Source: Candidatus Komeilibacteria bacterium CG_4_10_14_0_8_um_filter_37_78 (lineage in GTDB: Bacteria > Patescibacteriota > Patescibacteriia > UBA1558). Taken from it: a DNA stretch of 32,269 nucleotides. A program made the translations under genes and the position numbers. Positions 26,773 to 32,269 of the stretch are shown piece after piece (the stretch's first letter is position 1; each line of letters begins with the position of its first letter). The stretch lies in NCBI GenBank assembly GCA_002785295.1, contig PFMC01000070.1, positions 1 to 32,269 on the forward strand. Reading direction: 5' to 3'. The notes beneath the pieces are model-generated. The model made no database searches and was not told where the DNA came from. It saw only the letters and a program-made list of their open reading frames with translations.

Positions 26773-27150
26773 ATGGTAATGGCCAAAAAAATATTGATTA
26801 TGGAGGATGAGGATACTTTAGCTAATATGTATAAGTTGAAGTTTGAGAAGTCTGGTTATCAGGTTATTTTAGCTGATAATGGCGAGGCGGGATTAGTATT
26901 GGTCAAAGAAGAAAAGCCAGATTTGGTTTTGCTTGATATTATCATGCCGAAGATTGATGGTTTTGTAGTTTTAGAGAGAATGAAGCAGGATCAAGAGATC
27001 AAAAATATTCCTGTTTTTATGTTGACCAATTTAGGACAAGCAGAAGATATAGAAAAGGGGAAAGACCTTGGTGCTAATGGTTATTATGTTAAAGCCAATT
27101 TAACACCCGGTGAACTTGTTATTAAGATTAATCAATTTTTTAAGATATAA
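26773..27150 (+). CDS. Single-domain response regulator (receiver only)
   Basis: KILIMEDE, PDLVLLDIIMPKIDG, MLTN, YYVK. Confidence 0.95.
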   Translation: MVMAKKILIMEDEDTLANMYKLKFEKSGYQVILADNGEAGLVLVKEEKPDLVLLDIIMPKIDGFVVLERMKQDQEIKNIPVFMLTNLGQAEDIEKGKDLGANGYYVKANLTPGELVIKINQFFKI

Positions 27151-27158
27151 TTATCACT

Positions 27159-28247
27159 ATGAAAAAGTACAAAGAAGAAAACCCAATAGCACTAACTAAG
27201 ACTGTGGTTGATGGTTTGACTACAAAATTTAATCTGTCACTTCTAGATGAGAGGGAGAAATATTTTGAAGCAAAAGTTGGTAAAGAGATAACGGAGTTAA
27301 AAAAATATTTTGAAAATAACACATTTATTGCTTATTGGATGGGCAAAAAAAATTCTGGTAAAGGCACATACTCTAAATTTATGGTGGAAATATTTGGTAA
27401 GGACAGGATAGCTCATGTATCAGTTGGCGATGTGGTAAGGAGTGCCCATACAGATATGGCTGATGAGGATAAGAAAAAAGAGTTATTAGATTATTTATCT
27501 GTTCATTATCGTGGTTATATTTCGCTCGATCAAGCAATAGATGCTTTGTTGGGAAGAAATACTGCTTCATTATTGCCTTCTGAGTTTATTTTGGCATTGA
27601 TCAAGAGAGAAATTGATAAGACGCCAAAGAAGATCATTTTTATAGACGGCTTTCCTAGGGAGTTAGATCAAGTATCATATACTTTGTTTTTACGAGATTT
27701 GATTGACTATCGTAAGGATCCAGATGTTTTCATTGCTATTGATATTCCAGAATTTGTGATAGATGAACGAATGAAAAATAGAGTAGTTTGTCCAGAATGT
27801 CATACACCTAGAAGTTTGAAGCTATTAACGACGCCTGAGGTGGGTTATGATCAAGAAAAGAAAGAGTTTTATTTGATCTGTGACAATCCAAAATGTAATA
27901 ATGTGCGCATGGGGTCAAAAGAGGGTGACAATGCTGGTATTGAATCAATACGTGATAGATTAGAATTGGATGAAAAGCTGATTGAAACGGTTTTTTCTTT
28001 GCATGGTGTACCAAAGATTTTATTGAGAAATTCTATACCAACAAAAGACGTTAATGGTTTGGTGGATGATTATGAAATCACGCCAGAATATAGCTATCAA
28101 CTCAATCCAGATAATAGTGTCAAAACAATAGAGAGTGAGTGGATCATTAAGGATGATGAGGGTCAGGATGCTTATAGTCTATTAGCACCAGCAGTGGTTG
28201 TCTCTCTAATTAAGCAACTCCACACATTATTCCTCAAAGATAGTTAG
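27159..28247 (+). CDS. Adenylate-kinase-like nucleoside monophosphate kinase, enlarged
   Basis: P-loop GKKNSGKGT, HVSVGDVVR, IDGFPR, LID with CPEC...CDNPKC. Confidence 0.8.
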   Translation: MKKYKEENPIALTKTVVDGLTTKFNLSLLDEREKYFEAKVGKEITELKKYFENNTFIAYWMGKKNSGKGTYSKFMVEIFGKDRIAHVSVGDVVRSAHTDMADEDKKKELLDYLSVHYRGYISLDQAIDALLGRNTASLLPSEFILALIKREIDKTPKKIIFIDGFPRELDQVSYTLFLRDLIDYRKDPDVFIAIDIPEFVIDERMKNRVVCPECHTPRSLKLLTTPEVGYDQEKKEFYLICDNPKCNNVRMGSKEGDNAGIESIRDRLELDEKLIETVFSLHGVPKILLRNSIPTKDVNGLVDDYEITPEYSYQLNPDNSVKTIESEWIIKDDEGQDAYSLLAPAVVVSLIKQLHTLFLKDS

Positions 28248-28270
28248 TCTATAATTTAACTGTTATATCA

Positions 28271-28310
28271 AAATCCCGTTGCGTCTGACACAGCGGGATT
28301 TGACTTTATT
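28271..28310 (+). terminator. Probable intrinsic terminator after the kinase gene
   Basis: AAATCCCGTTG-9 nt-CAGCGGGATTT stem followed by a T-rich tract. Confidence 0.6.
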
Positions 28311-28479
28311 GTTTGGATTGTTATACCGGGAATAGGTATAAATATATGACAGACATTTGTTTCACAACCTGGATGAAGTCTGATCACCGTAATGAGTCAA
28401 ATTACGGTACTTTTGGTTGTGGACTAATGGCTAATATTTATATCTGATAATAATCACAAAAACTATATTATTGATATGG

Positions 28480-28514
28480 AAATTAGCCTGAAATAGGGCT
28501 AATTCTTTATTTTT
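28480..28514 (+). terminator. Intrinsic terminator-like hairpin
   Basis: AATTAGCC-TGAAATAG-GGCTAATT then CTTTATTTTT. Confidence 0.6.
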
Positions 28515-28766
28515 ACGGGGTCTTACGAGCTAGATTGAGGAATCTTGCCAACGAAGAATCGGTGAAAAAAATATAGTAATATTATTTTTATAAAAAAGGA
28601 CGCAAATTGAGACAGTTAGTCTTTACCCAGCTAAGCTGGGTTTGATAGGTAAAAACTGTCCTAATATCCTCATGTCTTCAGATTGACCAAAATGGCCATT
28701 GCACCTTTTTGTATCCTAACAAATGGAGATAGGAAAATCAATGAACATTAACAAAAAGGAGAACAT

Positions 28767-28853
28767 ATGAAACAAAAAGTCACCACTGTATTTATTAGTT
28801 ACAACAAAATCACTGGCTATCTGTCTGGTTGGTACCCTCAGGGTGGGTCTTGA
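28767..28853 (+). CDS. Small ORF (28 aa), possibly the N-terminal remnant of a disrupted gene
   Basis: AAGGAG SD 5 nt upstream; MKQKVTTVFISYNKITGYLSGWYPQGGS*. Confidence 0.4.
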   Translation: MKQKVTTVFISYNKITGYLSGWYPQGGS

Positions 28854-28879
28854 CAAAATGATGAAAATAACCGTACAAT
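28850..28879 (+). promoter_or_regulatory. Putative sigma70 promoter
   Basis: TTGACA (28850-55), 18 nt, TACAAT (28874-79). Confidence 0.55.
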
Positions 28880-28938
28880 ATGCTATCCTATAAATGAAAG
28901 AACTTTAACATAAAGTCATTTTACCAAGGAGGTATAAA

Positions 28939-29073
28939 ATGAAGAACACATTCATGTTAATAGTCATTCTTTTGACTAGTATGGTAATGGGTCAGTGGCC
29001 AGTTTTATCACGGCGAAGTTTCGGTACAACACGTGAAACAGTATGTCGTGTATGCAGGTTTGAATGCACTTAA
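28939..29073 (+). CDS. Small ORF (44 aa) with signal-peptide-like N-terminus
   Basis: AAGGAGGT SD; MKNTFMLIVILLTSMVMGQWPVLSRRSFGTTRETVCRVCRFECT*. Confidence 0.4.
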   Translation: MKNTFMLIVILLTSMVMGQWPVLSRRSFGTTRETVCRVCRFECT

Positions 29074-29260
29074 TCAAGCTATTGCCATGGCGCGTAGCTT
29101 GCAAGTACAAGCAGACGTGCCAGTCACTGTAGTCTCTTGCGACTGTGAGCAAGATAAAAAAAAGAAAATGTTAGCTAATACAAATATCAAGCTGATTCCA
29201 TGTGAATGTGGTGGTCACAAAACCTTGGCCAAAATGGTAGCAGATGTTTTAGCTAATTAA
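28988..29260 (+). CDS. Cys-containing hypothetical protein, probably 5'-truncated
   Basis: Frame is open from 28988 (after TAA 28985-87), upstream of GTG 29033, which has no SD; contains SCDC and CECGG. Confidence 0.55.
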   Translation, partial: WVSGQFYHGEVSVQHVKQYVVYAGLNALNQAIAMARSLQVQADVPVTVVSCDCEQDKKKKMLANTNIKLIPCECGGHKTLAKMVADVLAN

Positions 29261-29277
29261 ATAAGAAGGAGTTAGCA

Positions 29278-29481
29278 ATGTCTCAACAAGTAATGCCACC
29301 TGTCGAGGGTGGGGGATTTGATAGAGCCAGTGAGATCTTTGGTCAGATTGTTGTCTTTGATGAACATGCTCATCAGCAATATGATGCCAGACACTGCCAA
29401 GAAAGAGTGACAGATGCAGAGGTGCATTGCAATTGCTCTTTCAGTGAGTCTGAAGAGGCTCACTCAGCTTGTTTTCTATAG
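29278..29481 (+). CDS. Small His/Cys-rich hypothetical protein (67 aa)
   Basis: AAGGAG SD 6 nt upstream; HAH, HC and HCNC motifs; 17 nt after the previous stop. Confidence 0.6.
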   Translation: MSQQVMPPVEGGGFDRASEIFGQIVVFDEHAHQQYDARHCQERVTDAEVHCNCSFSESEEAHSACFL

Positions 29482-29487
29482 GAGGTT

Positions 29488-29628
29488 ATGATGACAAAAG
29501 AAAAAGATAAACCAATCGTCAAATGTGCTTGTCAAAAGCTAAAAGAAGCAATTAGAAAGTTTTATTTTGCAAGAGATAAAACTAATCCACAGGACAGAAC
29601 TAAGTGTCAATGTGGACTGAATCCCTAA
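29488..29628 (+). CDS. Small basic protein with two CxC motifs (46 aa)
   Basis: AGGAGGT SD overlapping the previous stop; MMTKEKDKPIVKCACQKLKEAIRKFYFARDKTNPQDRTKCQCGLNP*; terminator follows. Confidence 0.55.
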   Translation: MMTKEKDKPIVKCACQKLKEAIRKFYFARDKTNPQDRTKCQCGLNP

Positions 29629-29653
29629 TCTTAGCAAGTACGAATGATGAAAT

Positions 29654-29685
29654 AGGAAGTTGACAACAATTGTCAGCTTCCTTTT
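29654..29685 (+). terminator. Intrinsic terminator
   Basis: AGGAAGTTGACAA-CAA-TTGTCAGCTTCCT, 13-bp stem followed by T residues. Confidence 0.75.
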
Positions 29686-29687
29686 GA

Positions 29688-29716
29688 TTGACATTAAAAA
29701 GGTGTCTTTATATAAT
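29688..29716 (+). promoter_or_regulatory. Consensus sigma70 promoter
   Basis: TTGACA (29688-93), 17 nt, TATAAT (29711-16). Confidence 0.85.
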
Positions 29717-29722
29717 GAAAGT

Positions 29723-29931
29723 GTTCTTATCATTGTTGTAGATTGAAGCTCTATAACCTTTGTATTAGGGAGTTTGCGTGAATTAGGATTGTGATTCTAG
29801 TTCTAAAGCACCCAGCGGCGATAGTTTTACAGGATTGAACGAGATACGGTTTTACTATATCTTATTTGATCTGTAATAACTGCCCGGTTGTTATTGTGGA
29901 ACTTCCAATCGAGAACTGCAATGGTAAGAAC
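29723..29931 (+). ncRNA. Structured ncRNA of ~209 nt, 6S RNA-like
   Basis: Begins 7 nt after a perfect -10; 14-bp closing stem 29723-36/29918-31 continuing as an irregular rod; second long arm 29816-29886; terminator follows; no ORF. Confidence 0.7.
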
Positions 29932-29938
29932 TTAAAAT

Positions 29939-29968
29939 CGCCGAGCCAGGCTCGACGTTTTTATTTTA
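29939..29968 (+). terminator. Intrinsic terminator of the ncRNA
   Basis: CG-C-CGAGC-CAG-GCTCG-A-CG followed by TTTTTATTTT. Confidence 0.7.
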
Positions 29969-29991
29969 TTTTGTTAAGCTTAATTTATTAG

Positions 29992-30069
29992 CAGGGTGTA
30001 GCTCAGTTGGCCTAGAGTGCCGGGCTGGGGGTCCGGAGATCGGAGGTTCAAATCCTCTCACCCTGACCA
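29992..30069 (+). tRNA. tRNA-Pro (GGG)
   Basis: Acceptor CAGGGTG/CACCCTG + A + CCA; D arm GCTC/GAGT; anticodon arm CCGGG-CTGGGGG-TCCGG; T loop TTCAAAT. Confidence 0.97.
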
Positions 30070-30085
30070 GTTTATTAGAAGTCAA

Positions 30086-30415
30086 ATGAAAGTTATCAAA
30101 TTTACAAATGATTTAATGTATAAAATAATCAAGGGCGAAAAAGATTTCACTTGGTGATTTTTTGATGATAAGGATCTTATTATTGATGATAATTTATTGT
30201 TAGTGAATAGTGACAATGGTCAAGAGTTTGCTAAAGCAGTTATTACTGGTATGGTGATTAAAGCTGTGCACGATTTAACTGAACTAGATATGAAAGATAA
30301 ATTTGAGAGTATCGAAGAGGTTTGTGAAATATTTTCAAATTATTATGGAAAGACTATTACACTTGATGACAGAGTTAAGATCATTAGATTTAGGGTTGAG
30401 GAAATACTTGTTTAG
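30086..30415 (+). pseudogene. ASCH/PUA-like domain gene with in-frame TGA at codon 24
   Basis: ATG 30086 is in frame with the listed 30197 ORF: MKVIKF...IIKGEKDFTW*FFDDKDL; TGA 30155-57 occupies the Arg position of the ASCH GxKxxTxR motif. Confidence 0.75.
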
Positions 30416-30442
30416 TAATCAGAGTAAAATTATATAAAAAAT

Positions 30443-30778
30443 ATGGAAGAAATAAATTGGAATGAATTTGAAAAAATATTTTTAGCTGTTGGTACGATCA
30501 TCAAAGTTGAGGATTTTCCAGAAGCTAAAATTCCTGCTTACAAAGTCGAAGTAGATTTTGGTGAACACGGTATCAAGAAATCGAGTGCTCGAATCACAGA
30601 TTTATATACCAAAGAAGAGTTACTGGACAAACAGATCATTGGTGTGATTAATTTTCCGGTTAAACAAATTGGTCCTTTCCAATCCGAATTTTTATTAACT
30701 GGTTTCTATCGTGAAGATGGCAAGGTGGTGATGGCTATCCCAGAGAGACAAGTAAAGAATGGTAGTAAGTTGGGCTGA
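30443..30778 (+). CDS. csaA: tRNA-binding OB-fold protein / CsaA chaperone
   Basis: [43 protein letters not shown]. Confidence 0.92.
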   Translation: MEEINWNEFEKIFLAVGTIIKVEDFPEAKIPAYKVEVDFGEHGIKKSSARITDLYTKEELLDKQIIGVINFPVKQIGPFQSEFLLTGFYREDGKVVMAIPERQVKNGSKLG

Positions 30779-30852
30779 TAGGTTTGACAAAAGTGTTTTC
30801 ATTTTATAACGTTCTAACATTAGTGTTATTTAAAAGCGATAAGGAGATAAAT

Positions 30853-31017
30853 ATGAGAGTACTGGCAATGGGCAGATTTATTTTATTTATGATCGGCATT
30901 GTCTTGCTGGCCATATTTATTTTGATCTGTTGCGTTTGGGGAGTGTTCTTATCAATTCTCATCGGTCTTATAATGTTCTGGGCTTATCGCTTGGGACACA
31001 AACATGTTGCACAATAA
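30853..31017 (+). CDS. Small two-helix membrane protein (54 aa)
   Basis: AAGGAG SD 6 nt before ATG 30853 (the listed TTG 30784 is part of a TTGACA -35 element); hydrophobic throughout. Confidence 0.6.
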   Translation: MRVLAMGRFILFMIGIVLLAIFILICCVWGVFLSILIGLIMFWAYRLGHKHVAQ

Positions 31018-31053
31018 AAAAACAGCCCTGTCGAATGACAGGGTGTTTTATTT
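31016..31053. terminator. Bidirectional intrinsic terminator
   Basis: A-run, CCCTGTC-GAAT-GACAGGG, T-run, between convergent genes. Confidence 0.8.
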
Positions 31054-31215
31054 ACGAAAATTTTTGATACACTTAGTGCAGATTCTTAGTTTTTTACCAT
31101 CAACTGTCTTGGTCTGTAAGTTTATCTTTACCTCACGTTTAGTTTTAATCTGGGAGTGGCTTTTCTGTTGGCCAGAAGTGGTGCCACGACTGCAGATTTG
31201 ACAATTTTTAGCCAT
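31048..31215 (-). CDS. rpmB: 50S ribosomal protein bL28 (55 aa, absent from the ORF track)
   Basis: MAKNCQICSRGTTSGQQKSHSQIKTKREVKINLQTKTVDGKKLRICTKCIKNFRK*; CxxC..SHS..KTKR..NLQ..CxxC zinc-type bL28. Confidence 0.93.
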   Translation of the reverse strand: MAKNCQICSRGTTSGQQKSHSQIKTKREVKINLQTKTVDGKKLRICTKCIKNFRK

Positions 31216-31291
31216 GTTTCTAAATATTTAATTGTAAGGTATAATAGGTAGCGTTAATACTTTATACTATTATTAAGTAAACGTCAAGACC

Positions 31292-31921
31292 ATGTTGATT
31301 ATTATTAAAATACTATCGATTTTATACGCGATTGTTATTCATGAGTTTTCTCATGCTTATGTCGCTTTTAAGCAGGGGGATTTGACAGCTAAATTGAATA
31401 ATCGCTTAACTTTAAATCCCATTCCACATATGGATATGTTTGGTACTATTATGTTGCCAGCTATTTTGATTTTATCAGGCAGCCCTTTGGTGATTGGTTG
31501 GGCTAAGCCAGTACCAGTCAATCCTTTGAATTTTAAGAATAAGAAGTGGGGCAATACTTTAGTCAGTTTAGCTGGGCCGGCTAGCAATCTGATCAGCGCT
31601 TTGCTTTTCGTGATTATTCTCAAGATTATTTTTGTTTGGCAGTTAGTTGGTGTAGATAGTTATTTGATAGTTTTTTTATCTTATTTGATTATTATCAACG
31701 TTGTCTTAATGGTTTTTAATTTGATTCCTATTCCACCACTTGATGGTTCAAATTTCTTGTTTGATATCTTACCAGCCAAATATAATAGTGTAAAAGTGTT
31801 TTTGTCTCAGAATGGTCCTTGGTTATTATTAATACTATTAATAGCTGATAGTTTTTTCGGATTAGGGATTTTTAGTAGAATTATAGGATTTTTTATAGAC
31901 ATAATCTATGGTTTAGTTTAG
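31292..31921 (+). CDS. Site-2 protease (M50 family) membrane metalloprotease
   Basis: HEFSH, GWAKPVPVNP, VSLAGPASN, FNLIPIPPLDG. Confidence 0.96.
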   Translation: MLIIIKILSILYAIVIHEFSHAYVAFKQGDLTAKLNNRLTLNPIPHMDMFGTIMLPAILILSGSPLVIGWAKPVPVNPLNFKNKKWGNTLVSLAGPASNLISALLFVIILKIIFVWQLVGVDSYLIVFLSYLIIINVVLMVFNLIPIPPLDGSNFLFDILPAKYNSVKVFLSQNGPWLLLILLIADSFFGLGIFSRIIGFFIDIIYGLV

Positions 31922-31924
31922 CAC

Positions 31925-31955
31925 TTGACATAATAGTATATACATGCTATTATGT
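31925..31955 (+). promoter_or_regulatory. Sigma70 promoter overlapped by an inverted repeat
   Basis: TTGACA (31925-30), 17 nt, TG-C-TATTAT (31948-53); ACATAATAGTAT/ATGCTATTATGT arms at 31928-39 and 31944-55. Confidence 0.7.
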
Positions 31956-31961
31956 TTTATT

Positions 31962-32269
31962 GTAATCTGGATCGCATTTTTAGCAATCAAAAATACATCT
32001 ATGTGTGGATTATGGGGTACAGCCGCGGTTATTTATAACCTCGCATAGAGAGAGTCGGATTACTAGTACAGGCGAAGCATGGCGGTGAAGAAGTAGATTG
32101 CTTATTTTTTCACAATAGGGCCGAGTAAACATCTTATTTAACCCCAGTCATATAATGACTAAAGAACGAATAAGGCGTGGCTCTCCGTCAACTAGTGTGA
32201 TAGTTTAGTATCCAAATTAGTGGCAAAAAGGCTAGTGTCATTTTAGCAATATAAGTATCAATGTTTCTA
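31962..32269 (+). ncRNA. Candidate large multi-stem ncRNA or structured leader of unknown family; 3' end may lie beyond the window
   Basis: Starts just after the promoter, no ORF of 60 aa or more, about nine mutually compatible stems with G-U pairs favouring the + strand. Confidence 0.55.

Noticed and set aside
28598-28606. GGACGCAAA as part of a c-di-GMP-I riboswitch
   Set aside because: The upstream GGCAAA/GNRA stem and downstream conserved stem are absent.
29992-30069. tRNA-Pro as an integration site for the adjacent accessory DNA
   Set aside because: No duplicated tRNA 3' end or integrase found in the window.
30155-30157. UGA reassignment (code 25 or 4) or selenocysteine
   Set aside because: TGA terminates several genes, RF2 is intact, and the aligned residue is expected to be Arg.
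31004-31201. 65-aa plus-strand ORF
   Set aside because: Antisense to rpmB and crosses a bidirectional terminator.
32044-32192. T-box leader suggested by AGAGAG and CCGTCA
   Set aside because: No T-box antiterminator (UGGNACCGCG) and no stem I arrangement within the window.
1-32269. CRISPR array, cas genes, or a diversity-generating retroelement or retron
   Set aside because: No regularly spaced direct repeats, no reverse transcriptase motifs, and no repeat pair differing only at adenines were seen.

Overview
AT-rich bacterial chromosomal window, almost entirely + strand, standard code 11 (TGA ends genes at 3443, 20549 and 30778). Gene content points to a Patescibacteria/CPR (Parcubacteria-like) genome; this is an inference. 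In order: the right end of an IS30-family element; rpsU-yqeY; a ~15 kb five-gene cell-surface cluster (two large proteins with VirB2/TrbC-like T4SS-pilin N-termini carrying Ig-like, IPT/TIG, LamG and Cys-rich modules, a long coiled-coil protein, two membrane-anchored Ca-binding-repeat proteins); ybeY-dgkA-ftsA-ftsZ-nrdR; htrA-prfB-vanZ; a split comEC interrupted by an orphan gene; a response regulator and an enlarged adenylate-kinase-like gene; a 1.7 kb accessory stretch of hairpins and small Cys-rich ORFs; a probable 6S-like RNA; tRNA-Pro(GGG); an ASCH pseudogene; csaA; rpmB (missed by the ORF track); a site-2 protease; and a promoter-driven, highly structured non-coding region that runs off the window end. 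Best leads: the pilin-fused adhesin cluster, two unannotated structured RNAs (29723-29931 and 31962 to the end), and an extended Shine-Dalgarno on rpsU in a largely SD-less context. All family calls are motif recognition by eye and all RNA folds were paired by hand; no searches were run.
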